A stretch of DNA of 64,000 nucleotides from Gammaproteobacteria bacterium (GTDB taxonomy: Bacteria > Pseudomonadota > Gammaproteobacteria > Eutrophobiales > Eutrophobiaceae), in assembly GCA_965116495.1 (NCBI GenBank), contig OZ220696.1, forward strand, positions 2,912,001 to 2,976,000. The letters are read 5' to 3'. The first letter of the stretch is position 1. Each line of letters starts with the position of its first letter. The translations under genes and the position numbers were made by a program. The notes beneath the pieces were generated by a model, which made no database searches, had not been told where the DNA came from, and saw nothing but the letters and a program-made list of their open reading frames with translations. Shown one piece after another: positions 23,022-32,861 of this stretch.

Positions 23022-23062
23022 TGCGGTGGGGCTAACAGGTTGACATCGACGGATATAAGTGC

Positions 23063-23545
23063 ATGATCCGTGAACTGAAAGCCTCGCAGGATCAAGGGCG
23101 TACATTTGTGATTGCGCCGAACCAGTCAATGTCGTGGAAGGAATTGCTCTGGGCATACTGCGGTATAGCGGGAGTTTCCCTCGCTATTGCGGGTTACTTC
23201 TGGGTCCATGGACTGACCCTGGTATTGCCGTTTTCAGGCCTGGAATTGCTGGCCCTGGGCGCGGCGCTCTATATAACCGCCTGGCGCGGCGGCGCGCGGG
23301 AGGTTATCACGATTACTGACGATTCCGTATACGTGGAGACGGGCCGCACCAGCCCGGAGCAGCGTCATGACTTCCAGAGATACTGGACGAAAGTCGTGTT
23401 GCGGTGCTCCTGGGTTGCCTGGCATCCGAGTAAGCTGCTGTTATGTTCCCGCGGCCGCGAAATCGAGGTGGGCCGGTTTCTCAATGAACAGGAGCGCAGG
23501 GGGTTGGCACAGGTTTTACGATCTGCAATTAAACACTATGCTTGA
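23063..23545 (+). CDS. DUF2244-type integral membrane protein
   Basis: PNQSMS, VLPFSGLELLALG, E.G.FL.EQER motifs; typical position upstream of coxB. Confidence 0.8.
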   Translation: MIRELKASQDQGRTFVIAPNQSMSWKELLWAYCGIAGVSLAIAGYFWVHGLTLVLPFSGLELLALGAALYITAWRGGAREVITITDDSVYVETGRTSPEQRHDFQRYWTKVVLRCSWVAWHPSKLLLCSRGREIEVGRFLNEQERRGLAQVLRSAIKHYA

Positions 23546-23590
23546 TGGTACGGAGCATCAGATGAAAACAATGACGCTGAGGAAAACAGC

Positions 23591-24730
23591 ATGTCTGCTA
23601 GAAAATTGAAACTTTTTGCGGGGGGGGTTATTTCCCTGCTGTTATTGGCAATACAGCCGGCCTGGGCCGAGTACGGTCTGAACCTGCCGGAGGGCGTGAC
23701 CCCGATCAGCCGTAACATATACGACCTGCACATGACGATCTTCTATATCTGCTGCGTCATAGCAGCAGTGGTCTTCGGCGTCATGTTCTGGTCTATCTTC
23801 TACCACAGGAAATCACGGGGCGCCAAGGCTGCCCAGTTTCACCACAACACCACCGTGGAGATCGTCTGGACGGCCATCCCGATGCTCATCCTCATCCTTA
23901 TGGCCATTCCCGCCACCAAGTCCCTGATCCTGATTGAATCCACCGGCGATTCAGACATTACCATCAAGATCACCGGCCACCAGTGGCGCTGGCAATACGA
24001 GTATATAGAAGAAGATTTCAGTTTTTTCAGTTCGCTGGCGCCGGACAGCAACGAGGCCAGACAGCTCAGGTCGGGAGTAGACCCCGCCACCATAGACAAT
24101 TATCTGCTTGAGGTGGACAATCCCGTGGTCGTTCCGGTCGGGTATAAAATCCGTTTCATGACCACGGCCGCTGACGTCATCCACTCCTGGTGGGTGCCGG
24201 CCCTGGGCTGGAAGCGCGATTCCATCCCGGGGTTTATCAACGAATCCTGGGCCATCATCGAAGAGGAAGGCACTTACCGCGGGCAATGTGCGGAACTGTG
24301 CGGGCGCGACCACGCCTTCATGCCGATCGTCCTGAAAGCCGTCAGCGAAGATGAATACTATGATTGGGCGGGAAACATGATGGTGGCGGCCATGGATGCT
24401 GAAGCCGGCGCCGACCGCGAGTGGGGGATGGATGAATTACTGGAGCGCGGCGAGCAGGTGTACAGTACGTTTTGCGTCGCCTGTCACCAGGTTAACGGGA
24501 TGGGTATCCCGGGCGCATTCAAACCCCTGGTCGGCAGTCCCGTCACCACGGGGCCGGTGGAAGCACATATCGACACGGTAATGAACGGGGTGCCGGGCAC
24601 GGCAATGGCGCCGTTCGGCATGCAACTGAATGATGTGGATATCGCTGCGGTCATCACCTACGAGCGCAACTCCTGGGGCAATGACATGGGAGATGTGGTC
24701 CAGCCGTCAACGATTGCGGCCAAACGTTAA
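23591..24730 (+). CDS. coxB: Cytochrome c oxidase subunit II with C-terminal cytochrome c domain
   Basis: EIVWT, GHQWRW, DVIHSWW, CAELCGRDHAFM (CuA), CVACH heme c motif. Confidence 0.96.
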   Translation: MSARKLKLFAGGVISLLLLAIQPAWAEYGLNLPEGVTPISRNIYDLHMTIFYICCVIAAVVFGVMFWSIFYHRKSRGAKAAQFHHNTTVEIVWTAIPMLILILMAIPATKSLILIESTGDSDITIKITGHQWRWQYEYIEEDFSFFSSLAPDSNEARQLRSGVDPATIDNYLLEVDNPVVVPVGYKIRFMTTAADVIHSWWVPALGWKRDSIPGFINESWAIIEEEGTYRGQCAELCGRDHAFMPIVLKAVSEDEYYDWAGNMMVAAMDAEAGADREWGMDELLERGEQVYSTFCVACHQVNGMGIPGAFKPLVGSPVTTGPVEAHIDTVMNGVPGTAMAPFGMQLNDVDIAAVITYERNSWGNDMGDVVQPSTIAAKR

Positions 24731-24772
24731 GACAGTGCGAACCGAGAACAGAGAGTAACCGAGGGTAACAGT

Positions 24773-26374
24773 ATGAGCTACGGAACAACCCATGAAGATC
24801 ACCATGATGATCACGATCACAAGCCGACCGGCCTGGGCCGCTGGCTTTTTTCAACCAACCATAAGGACATCGGCACCATGTACCTGGTATTTGCCCTGAT
24901 CATGTTCTTTGTGGGCGGCGCCATGGCCATGGTGATACGCGCGGAGCTGTTCCAGCCGGGCCTGCAATACGTGGACCCGCAGTTTTTCAACGCCATGACG
25001 ACCATGCACGCCCTGGTCATGATATTCGGCGTGGTGATGCCCGCCGGGGTGGGGCTGGCCAACTGGATGGTGCCCATGATGATCGGCGCGCCGGACATGG
25101 CCTTGCCGCGCATGAACAACATGAGCTTCTGGATCCTGCCGTTTGCCTTTACCATGCTGCTGGCGACTTTCTTCATGGAAGGCGGCGCGCCGGCGGGCGG
25201 CTGGACCATGTACCCGCCCCTTATCACGCAGCTTGGCGACGGCTTCCCGTTCCTGATTTTTACCGTACATTTCCTCGGCATCTCTTCCATCATGGGCGCG
25301 ATTAATATCATCGCTACCGTGTTCAACATGCGCGCCCCGGGCATGGGTTTCATGCAGTTGCCGCTGTTCGTATGGACCTGGATTGTCACCGCGTTCCTGC
25401 TCATTGCGTCCATGCCGGTGCTGGCCGGCGCGGTGACCATGTTGTTGACGGACAAGTATTTCGGCACCAGCTTTTTCGTTGCGGCCGGTGGCGGCGACCC
25501 GGTTATGTTCCAGCATATTTTCTGGTTCTTCGGCCATCCCGAAGTGTATATCCTGATCCTGCCGGCGTTTGGCATCGTCTCGCAGATCATCCCGACGTTT
25601 TCCCGCAAGCCCCTGTTCGGATATGAATCCATGGTTTATGCCACCGCGGCCATCGCTTTCCTGTCGTTTTTCGTGTGGGCGCACCACATGTTCACTGTGG
25701 GCATGCCCCTGGCCGGCGAGTTGTTTTTCATGTATGCGACCATGTCTATAGCGGTGCCGACCGGGGTCAAGGTTTTCAACTGGATTGCCACCATGTGGCG
25801 CGGCTCAATGACGTTCGAAACCCCGATGCTGTTCGCGCTGGCATTCGTGATCCTGTTCTCGATCGGCGGGTTTTCCGGGCTCATGCTGGGCATTACCCCC
25901 GCCGACTTCCAGTACCATGACACCTATTTTGTGGTTGCCCACTTTCATTACGTGCTGGTCACCGGCGCCATCTTTGCCCTGATGGCGGGCGCGTATTTCT
26001 GGATTCCCAAGTGGACCGGCCACATGTATGACGAGAAACTGGGGCAGCTCCATTTCTGGCTCTCCACCATCTCGGTCAACGTGCTGTTTTTCCCGCAGCA
26101 TTTCGTAGGACTGGCCGGCATGCCGCGCCGCATCCCGGATTACGCGGTCCAGTTTACCGAATGGAACATGATTTCCAGCATCGGCGGGTTTGCTTTCGGT
26201 CTCAGCCAGTTGTTGTTCGTCTGGGTTGTCATCAAGTGCGTACGCGAGGGCAAGGCCGCGAGCGAGCAGGTATGGGAAGGCGCGCGCGGGCTGGAGTGGA
26301 CCCTGCCCTCACCGCCGCCGTTCCACACGTTTACCGTCCCGCCGAAAGTGGATGCGGCGACCGCCCATTCGTAG
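24773..26374 (+). CDS. ctaD: Cytochrome c oxidase subunit I (A1 type)
   Basis: NHKDIG, WFFGHPEVY, VWAHHMF, VAHFHY, GMPRRI. Confidence 0.98.
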   Translation: MSYGTTHEDHHDDHDHKPTGLGRWLFSTNHKDIGTMYLVFALIMFFVGGAMAMVIRAELFQPGLQYVDPQFFNAMTTMHALVMIFGVVMPAGVGLANWMVPMMIGAPDMALPRMNNMSFWILPFAFTMLLATFFMEGGAPAGGWTMYPPLITQLGDGFPFLIFTVHFLGISSIMGAINIIATVFNMRAPGMGFMQLPLFVWTWIVTAFLLIASMPVLAGAVTMLLTDKYFGTSFFVAAGGGDPVMFQHIFWFFGHPEVYILILPAFGIVSQIIPTFSRKPLFGYESMVYATAAIAFLSFFVWAHHMFTVGMPLAGELFFMYATMSIAVPTGVKVFNWIATMWRGSMTFETPMLFALAFVILFSIGGFSGLMLGITPADFQYHDTYFVVAHFHYVLVTGAIFALMAGAYFWIPKWTGHMYDEKLGQLHFWLSTISVNVLFFPQHFVGLAGMPRRIPDYAVQFTEWNMISSIGGFAFGLSQLLFVWVVIKCVREGKAASEQVWEGARGLEWTLPSPPPFHTFTVPPKVDAATAHS

Positions 26375-26383
26375 CACACGCGT

Positions 26384-26515
26384 GTGGACAGGGAACCGGA
26401 AACAGATGAGCGCGAGTTTATCGCCCGCCGCCGCAAGGCCAATATCCGTCTGGCCATATGCCTGGCGCTGGCCGCGGTCGCGGTCTATTTCGGCTTCATA
26501 CTGAGCTATCTATAG
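26384..26515 (+). CDS. Small single-TM cytochrome oxidase-associated protein (43 aa)
   Basis: Manual translation (GTG start) VDREPETDEREFIARRRKANIRLAICLALAAVAVYFGFILSYL; fills the coxA-ctaG gap; basic patch followed by one TM helix. Confidence 0.7.
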   Translation: MDREPETDEREFIARRRKANIRLAICLALAAVAVYFGFILSYL

Positions 26516-26519
26516 CCCG

Positions 26520-27080
26520 ATGATAGATAAAAACGTTAACAGGACCGTGTACAAGCTGCTGCTGGTGACGGCGGGGATGTTCGCCTTCGGCTATGCCCTG
26601 GTGCCGCTCTACCGGGTTTACTGCGACCTTACCGGGCGCGGCAGCACCACCGCCGCGAGCGAGAGCGTGATACGGGCGGGTGACGTCGATGAGGAACGGC
26701 TGGTGACGGTCGTTTTCGATACCAATACCCGGGACATTCCCTGGAACTTCAAGGCGGAACAGCACAAGACCAGGATTCGCCCCGGGGAGTTGTCCGAGGC
26801 CGTGTTCCTGGTTGAAAACCGCTCCGGCAGGACCGTAACGGGGCGCGCGATCCCCAGTGTGTCGCCGGTACAGGCGGGCATCTATGTGAGCAAGATGGAT
26901 TGTTTCTGCTTTTCCGAACAGGTCCTGGCCCCCGGTGAGACCAGGGAGATGCCGGTGCGGTTCATTGTCGATACCGATCTGCCGGAACGGTTCTCCTCGT
27001 TGACGCTGTCATATACCTTCTTTGACATCGGGGACAACGGGGCAGGCGCCCCGAAGCAGACGCAAAAAGCCAACTCCTGA
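26520..27080 (+). CDS. ctaG: Cytochrome c oxidase copper chaperone CtaG/Cox11
   Basis: MFAFGYALVPLY..YC, KMDCFCFSEQ, LSYTFF. Confidence 0.95.
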   Translation: MIDKNVNRTVYKLLLVTAGMFAFGYALVPLYRVYCDLTGRGSTTAASESVIRAGDVDEERLVTVVFDTNTRDIPWNFKAEQHKTRIRPGELSEAVFLVENRSGRTVTGRAIPSVSPVQAGIYVSKMDCFCFSEQVLAPGETREMPVRFIVDTDLPERFSSLTLSYTFFDIGDNGAGAPKQTQKANS

Positions 27081-27116
27081 TAACGAATAATGGTGAAATA
27101 ATTTCGAGGAATACTC

Positions 27117-28031
27117 ATGTCAAATTCGCAAGACACGTATTTTATCCCTGAGCCGAGCAGGTGGCCGGTATTGTTTTCCCTGGCCCTGTTTATTGCCTTT
27201 TGCGGCACGGCATTCATGTTTAACCAGTACCTTGCCACCGGCGCGATGCCCGGCTTCGGTTCGCACCTGTTGCTGCTGGGGTTTGTCGGTGTTTTCGTCA
27301 TGTTTTTCGTCTGGTTCAGGGATGTGATAGATGAAAGCATCAGCGGCGCCTACAACACCCAGGTGGATATCAGTTTCCGCTGGGGCATGGCCTGGTTCAT
27401 ATTTTCCGAAGTAATGTTCTTCGCCGCGTTCTTCGGCGCCCTGTTCTATGCCCGCATCTATTCCGTGCCCTGGCTCGGCGGGGAAGGCGCCGGCGCGGCC
27501 ACCAACGAATTTCTCTGGCCGTCTTTTGACAACGTCTGGCCGCTGCTGGTGACCCCGGACATGACGGTAGAGGGGCTGTCCAGTAAATTCACGGAAATCA
27601 GGGAGATCATTCCCGCGTTCGGCATCCCCGCCCTCAATACCGTGATCCTGCTTTCCAGCGGCGCGACCGTTACCTTTGCCCACTGGGCGCTGAAGAAAAA
27701 CCAGCGTTCCGGGTTGTGCTGGTGGCTGTTTGCCACCGTGTTCCTGGGGTTCCTGTTCGTGGCATTACAGGCCGCCGAGTACATCCACGCCTACAATGAC
27801 CTGGGGCTGACCCTGAACTCCGGCATATACGGCTCGACGTTTTTCATGCTGACCGGCTTCCATGGATTTCACGTGACCATGGGCGCTACCATGTTGACCG
27901 TTATCCTGTTGCGCTCCATCAAGGGGCATTTCACCAAAGAAAATCACTTCGCCTTCGAGGCGGTTGCCTGGTACTGGCATTTTGTCGACGTGGTCTGGCT
28001 GGGCCTGTTCATTTTCGTGTACTGGTTGTAA
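27117..28031 (+). CDS. ctaE: Cytochrome c oxidase subunit III
   Basis: WFIFSEVMFF, NTVILLSSG, TGFHGFHV, WYWHFVDVVW. Confidence 0.96.
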   Translation: MSNSQDTYFIPEPSRWPVLFSLALFIAFCGTAFMFNQYLATGAMPGFGSHLLLLGFVGVFVMFFVWFRDVIDESISGAYNTQVDISFRWGMAWFIFSEVMFFAAFFGALFYARIYSVPWLGGEGAGAATNEFLWPSFDNVWPLLVTPDMTVEGLSSKFTEIREIIPAFGIPALNTVILLSSGATVTFAHWALKKNQRSGLCWWLFATVFLGFLFVALQAAEYIHAYNDLGLTLNSGIYGSTFFMLTGFHGFHVTMGATMLTVILLRSIKGHFTKENHFAFEAVAWYWHFVDVVWLGLFIFVYWL

Positions 28032-28097
28032 CGCCTGCACCCGGGTACAGGTACGGCCGCGGCCGGGCCGGGCGCGCCGGCGAGCAGTCATCGAAGC

Positions 28098-28343
28098 TCA
28101 GGGTAATGTTCCGGAAGGGGCCGTCGGATTAATGCCGTGGGGCGTGATCAGCCCGGCCGAGAAACCGATAAACAGGAGGATAAACAGGGCGATGGACAAA
28201 ACGATCCTGAGCGTAAGTGATTTTACCGTTCGGTCACTTTTCCCCTTGTCCCGGATCAGGAAAATCAGGCCTGACGCCAGTGAGATCAGGATGATTACCA
28301 GGAGTATGACGACAACTATTTTAAATATGGCCGGGCCGCTCAT
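28098..28343 (-). CDS. Twin transmembrane helix small protein (DUF2909-like)
   Basis: SL.SGL.FL..D, SLTLRIVLS, G.I.PHG; conserved antisense position between coxC and SURF1. Confidence 0.85.
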   Translation of the reverse strand: MSGPAIFKIVVVILLVIILISLASGLIFLIRDKGKSDRTVKSLTLRIVLSIALFILLFIGFSAGLITPHGINPTAPSGTLP

Positions 28344-28418
28344 GTGCGTGTGTTCGTGGTTGACCGCCAGTATATCCTGTTTTCACGGCCTGCGGTCACC
28401 GATTTCCCCGCCTGACTG

Positions 28419-29156
28419 ATGCCTCGTCAATTCAAGCCCGGGCTGTGGCCCACCCTGGCGACCGTCGCGATGCTGGCGCTGCTCATCAGGCTGGGTTTCT
28501 GGCAACTGCAGCGCGCTGATGAAAAACAGGCATTACAGCAGCGTTACCAGGCACAGGTGAATGCGCATCCCGTAGACCTGGGACAGGTTCCCGGTCTGCG
28601 CGGCCAGGCGCAGCAGATGCACTGGAGGAGATGCCGGCTGGCAGGGGCCTATGACCCCCGGACCACCTACTTGCTGGACAACCAGGTAATGCGCGGGGTC
28701 GTCGGCTACCAGGTGTTCACCCGCTTCGTGCTTGAAGACGGCGCATCCGTGCTGGTGGACCGCGGCTGGATTGCGGCGCCCGGGACCAGGGACGAGGCGC
28801 CGCTGATAAACACGGGCAGCGAACCGGCGGCCCTGACGGGCGTGGCAAAACCCGAGCCGGTCACCGGGATACAACTGGCGGATGACGTTGCCGAAAGCCT
28901 GGGAGACAACATCACGCGAGTGCAGCGCATCGACCTGGCGCAAATCGCCGCGCAGAACGGATGGTCCTTGCTGCCCTACATAGTGCGCCTGGATGCGGAT
29001 GCTGCGGGCGTGCTGACCTGGAACGGCTCAGCGCCCGGCTTCCGCAGGGAGCGGCACCTGGGCTACGCCTTTCAGTGGTTTGCCCTGGCAGCCACATTGC
29101 TGGTAATTTACCTGGTGGTAAACCTGAGAAAACGAACGGGTGCGGGGAACGACTGA
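28419..29156 (+). CDS. SURF1 family protein
   Basis: LGFWQLQRA.EK, LLDNQ, LVDRGW, HLGYAFQWF. Confidence 0.93.
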   Translation: MPRQFKPGLWPTLATVAMLALLIRLGFWQLQRADEKQALQQRYQAQVNAHPVDLGQVPGLRGQAQQMHWRRCRLAGAYDPRTTYLLDNQVMRGVVGYQVFTRFVLEDGASVLVDRGWIAAPGTRDEAPLINTGSEPAALTGVAKPEPVTGIQLADDVAESLGDNITRVQRIDLAQIAAQNGWSLLPYIVRLDADAAGVLTWNGSAPGFRRERHLGYAFQWFALAATLLVIYLVVNLRKRTGAGND

Positions 29157-29162
29157 AACGCA

Positions 29163-29762
29163 ATGACAAGAAAACAGGCAATGTTGATCCTGTTGCTGGC
29201 GGCGTTTGCGCTGCCGCCGCTGTTGTCCTGGGTACTGTTCAATTACACGGAACTGGGCAGGGGAGCGGCCAGCGGCGAACACGGAACCCTGATCGTCCCG
29301 CCCCGGCCCGTACCCGACTGGACCGTAATTGACATGACCGGAGCAACCCGGGCGGAAAAACCCTTGCACGGCAAGTGGACCCTGGTCTACCTGTTGCGCG
29401 GACAGTGCCGGGAAACCTGTCTCGGCAACCTCTACAGGATGCGTCAACTGCGGCTCGCAACAGGCAAATACGCCCAGCGCGTACAACGCCTCGTGCTGGT
29501 CGTCGACAACGACCGGCAAGCACTGACGCCAGAACAGTTGCTGGACTATCCCGGCCAGCTGGTACGCTTCCCGGAGTCCATGGGTAACGGCACGCTGGAG
29601 TCCTTGTTCAGACTCGGGGCTGACGACCACCCGTTCAATCAGGAACGCCTGTACCTTATCGATCCACTGGGCAACCTGATGATGAGCTATGCCGCGGACA
29701 CGGCGCCAAGCGGGATTATCAAGGATTTAAAACGGTTACTGAAGTACTCACGGATTGGATGA
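29163..29762 (+). CDS. Cytochrome oxidase-associated thioredoxin-like (SCO-related) membrane protein
   Basis: N-terminal TM, GKWTLVY, C...C, YLIDPLGNLMM.Y, KDLKRLLKYSRIG. Confidence 0.8.
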   Translation: MTRKQAMLILLLAAFALPPLLSWVLFNYTELGRGAASGEHGTLIVPPRPVPDWTVIDMTGATRAEKPLHGKWTLVYLLRGQCRETCLGNLYRMRQLRLATGKYAQRVQRLVLVVDNDRQALTPEQLLDYPGQLVRFPESMGNGTLESLFRLGADDHPFNQERLYLIDPLGNLMMSYAADTAPSGIIKDLKRLLKYSRIG

Positions 29763-30754
29763 AAAGCATTCCCCGCGCGTTCCTGACGCTCACCGTCGTC
29801 TCCTTTCTGCTGGCATTTTGCGTGGTTATCCTGGGTGCTTATGTGCGCCTGTCTGATGCCGGTTTGGGCTGCCCGGACTGGCCCGGTTGTTACGGGAAAC
29901 TGTTTGTTACGGCAGATATACAGGTTACTGCTGTGGAGCAGGCGCAACAGGTGCGGCCGTTTAACAGGGATAAAGCCGTGAAGGAAATGGTTCACCGTTA
30001 TAGCGCCGGGATATTGGGCATGCTGGTGTTACTGTTAACCTTAGTTGCCTGGCGTCAAGGGCACAGGGAAAAAACCACCTGCAGTATATTGCTCGGCCTT
30101 GTTGCAGTGCAGGCGTTACTGGGGATGTGGACGGTAACCGAGTTGCTCAAACCCCTTATCGTTGCCGCGCATCTGCTGGGGGGAATATTGATCCTGGGCC
30201 TGCTTTACTGGCTCATACTCAGGCAATTGCCGCGCCCCGCCGCGCGCGCCGGGCAACGATCCCGGCTGGACCGGCTGGTGCTTGCAGGACTGGTCGTTGT
30301 CGCCCTGCAGATATTCTCCGGCGGCTGGACCAGCGCTAATTATGCCGCGCTGGCGTGTCCGGAATTTCCTTCCTGCCGGGACGGGCTGTGGTGGCCCGAG
30401 ACGGATTTCAGGGAGGCGTTTGTTATCTGGCGTGAAGGCCGGCTTGATTATGAAGGCGGAATACTGGACGCGCCGGCGCGCACGGCGATACACCTGACTC
30501 ACAGGCTGGGGGCCGGGCTGACTTTTCTGGTTCTGCTGTACGTGGCGATCAATGCCCTGGGCCGTACCGAACCGGCTGTGCGCCTGACTGCAATCGTCCT
30601 GTTGTGTATCCTGTGCTTACAGGTTTCCCTGGGAATTACCAATGTGCTGTTGCGCCTGCCCCTGCCCGTTGCCGTGGCGCATAATTCCGTTGCCGCGCTG
30701 TTGGTGTTATCATTATTGACCTTGTACCGGCACGCACAGGACCGGCTGAATTGA
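29759..30754 (+). CDS. ctaA: Heme A synthase (COX15/CtaA)
   Basis: LGAYVRL..AGLGCPDWPGCYG, EMVHRY, AHLLGG, HLTHR, AVAHN. Confidence 0.92.
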   Translation: MKSIPRAFLTLTVVSFLLAFCVVILGAYVRLSDAGLGCPDWPGCYGKLFVTADIQVTAVEQAQQVRPFNRDKAVKEMVHRYSAGILGMLVLLLTLVAWRQGHREKTTCSILLGLVAVQALLGMWTVTELLKPLIVAAHLLGGILILGLLYWLILRQLPRPAARAGQRSRLDRLVLAGLVVVALQIFSGGWTSANYAALACPEFPSCRDGLWWPETDFREAFVIWREGRLDYEGGILDAPARTAIHLTHRLGAGLTFLVLLYVAINALGRTEPAVRLTAIVLLCILCLQVSLGITNVLLRLPLPVAVAHNSVAALLVLSLLTLYRHAQDRLN

Positions 30755-30920
30755 GGCGACACTTCCACCGCGCTGACCCATGCACCTGATAGCAAAGATC
30801 CTTCGATGTTGATTAGTTATAGATATTTTCACGGGAAACATTGGTGCCCGACGGCTGTTTCGTACGGAGCGCGGGCAGGGGTGGAGCAGTCTGCGTATGG
30901 ACTGGTGAGACCGGGATAAC

Positions 30921-31814
30921 ATGACCGCGGTGTCGACTTCATGGCGGGATTACGCCGCATTATGCAAACCGAAAATAGTCAGTTTGATCATGTTCACCGC
31001 GCTGGTGGGTATGTTGCTGGCAACGCCAGGCCCGGTAGCGCTGCCCCTGCTTGTTTGCGCATTACTGGGTATCGGACTGGCTGCCGCATCCGCCGCGGCG
31101 ATAAATCATATCGTTGACCGGAAGGTCGATGCGATCATGGCGCGTACGTTGAAACGCCCGTTGCCGCGGGGCAATCTTTCCGCGCGCCAGGCGATCCTGT
31201 TCGCTGCCGCCCTCTGTGTAATCTCCATGGTGATCCTCGGTGTTTACGTGAATGCCTTGACGGCGCTGCTGACCTTTGTCTCGCTGATAGGTTACGGGGT
31301 GATCTACTCCATGTTTTTAAAGCGCGCAACCCCGCAGAATATCGTGATCGGCGGTGCTGCCGGCGCCGCTCCGCCGGTGCTTGGCTGGACTGCCGTAAGC
31401 AACAGCCTGGAGCCCCATGCATTGCTGCTGTTCCTGATTATCTTTGCCTGGACGCCGCCGCATTTCTGGGCGTTGGCCATAGTCAGACGCAAGGACTACC
31501 AGGATGCGGACATCCCCATGCTGCCGGTTACCCATGGCCTCGATTTCACGCGCTTGCATATATTGTTATATACGCTGCTCCTGTTCATTGTCACCCTGTT
31601 GCCGTATCTCACCGGCATGAGCGGCATCACCTACCTGTTCGGCGCACTGGCCCTGGGCGGCGGATTTCTCTACTTCACGGTGAAACTGCTGCGAACGGAG
31701 GAAGAGGCTACCGCGCTGCACACCTTCAGCTATTCCATCTGGTATTTAATGGGACTCTTTGCCGTGTTGCTGGCAGACCACTACCTGCCCGTGATGGTAC
31801 GCCTGGCCTGGTAG
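30921..31814 (+). CDS. cyoE: Protoheme IX farnesyltransferase (heme O synthase)
   Basis: KPKIV, D...D..MART..RP, QNIVIGGAAGA.PP, WTPPHFWALA, DY....PMLP. Confidence 0.96.
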   Translation: MTAVSTSWRDYAALCKPKIVSLIMFTALVGMLLATPGPVALPLLVCALLGIGLAAASAAAINHIVDRKVDAIMARTLKRPLPRGNLSARQAILFAAALCVISMVILGVYVNALTALLTFVSLIGYGVIYSMFLKRATPQNIVIGGAAGAAPPVLGWTAVSNSLEPHALLLFLIIFAWTPPHFWALAIVRRKDYQDADIPMLPVTHGLDFTRLHILLYTLLLFIVTLLPYLTGMSGITYLFGALALGGGFLYFTVKLLRTEEEATALHTFSYSIWYLMGLFAVLLADHYLPVMVRLAW

Positions 31815-31846
31815 GCCGGGCGCAGCCGTACGGCCATGGGGCCGGC

Positions 31847-32698
31847 TCAATCGGCGAAGGCGAGGCGCATTTTTTGCATTGCATTCAACTCAAGCTGGCG
31901 GATACGCTCCGCGGAGACGCCGTAGTCCGCCGCCAGGCTGTGCAGGGTGGCCTTGTCCTCATTTAACCAGCGTTGCCGGATAATTTCCTGGCTGCGTTTA
32001 TCCAGTGAAAGTAAAGCCGAGCTCAGTTTTTGCCGGTTCACCAGGTCGACCTGGTCCATGGCCAGTTGCTCCTCGGGAGATGCGCGGCCGTCTTCAAGAT
32101 ATCCGGCCGGGCTGAAGCCGTCGTTCTCCGGGTCACCGTCAACGGGGCCGTCGAAAGAGGCATCGAAGACATTCAGGCGCTTTTCCATTTCCATCACGTC
32201 GTTGGCGCTGACCCCCAAATCCCGGGCAACCGCATTCACCTCGTCCTGGTTCATCCAGCCCAGGCGTTTTTTGCTTGACCGCAGGTTAAAGAACAGTTTG
32301 CGCTGCGCCTTGGTCGTTGCGACTTTGACGATGCGCCAGTTGCGCAGGATAAATTCGTGCATTTCCGCGCGGACCCAGTGCACCGCAAAAGAGACCAGGC
32401 GCACGCCCAGTTCCGGGTTAAAGCGTTTCACCGCTTTCATCAGGCCGATATTTCCTTCCTGGATCAGATCCGACTGTGACAGGCCGTAGCCGCGGTAGCC
32501 GCGCGCAACCCGGACAACAAAACGAAGATGAGACATGACCAGCTGTCGTGCCGCATCAAGATCATGATTGTCATGCAGGCGTCGCGCCAGGGCCTGTTCC
32601 TGTTCCGCGCTGAGCATGGGGATCTCGTTCACCGCATGGATATACGCTTCGATGGAACCGGTCGGCAGCGCCGGTTGCAGGGCTATGATGTTATTCAT
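31847..32698 (-). CDS. rpoH: RNA polymerase heat-shock sigma factor sigma32
   Basis: [14 protein letters not shown], RpoH box [26 protein letters not shown]; downstream of ftsX. Confidence 0.97.
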   Translation of the reverse strand: MNNIIALQPALPTGSIEAYIHAVNEIPMLSAEQEQALARRLHDNHDLDAARQLVMSHLRFVVRVARGYRGYGLSQSDLIQEGNIGLMKAVKRFNPELGVRLVSFAVHWVRAEMHEFILRNWRIVKVATTKAQRKLFFNLRSSKKRLGWMNQDEVNAVARDLGVSANDVMEMEKRLNVFDASFDGPVDGDPENDGFSPAGYLEDGRASPEEQLAMDQVDLVNRQKLSSALLSLDKRSQEIIRQRWLNEDKATLHSLAADYGVSAERIRQLELNAMQKMRLAFAD

Positions 32699-32731
32699 AA
32701 AAATTCCTCAACATACTGACTTGATACTATT

Positions 32732-32758
32732 TTAGCACTCTTCTTATTAGAGTGCTAA
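32732..32758. promoter_or_regulatory. CIRCE operator (HrcA site) upstream of rpoH
   Basis: Perfect TTAGCACTC-N9-GAGTGCTAA, 33 bp upstream of the rpoH ATG. Confidence 0.95.
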
Positions 32759-32861
32759 TAATTTTTGATGTTCCGGGCGCCGGGCCGCGCAACAGTGCGT
32801 TATTCGGAAGGATGCGTTATTCGGGAGGAGTGGTATGGCTTCAGACCTGCCGGCCGCGCCC

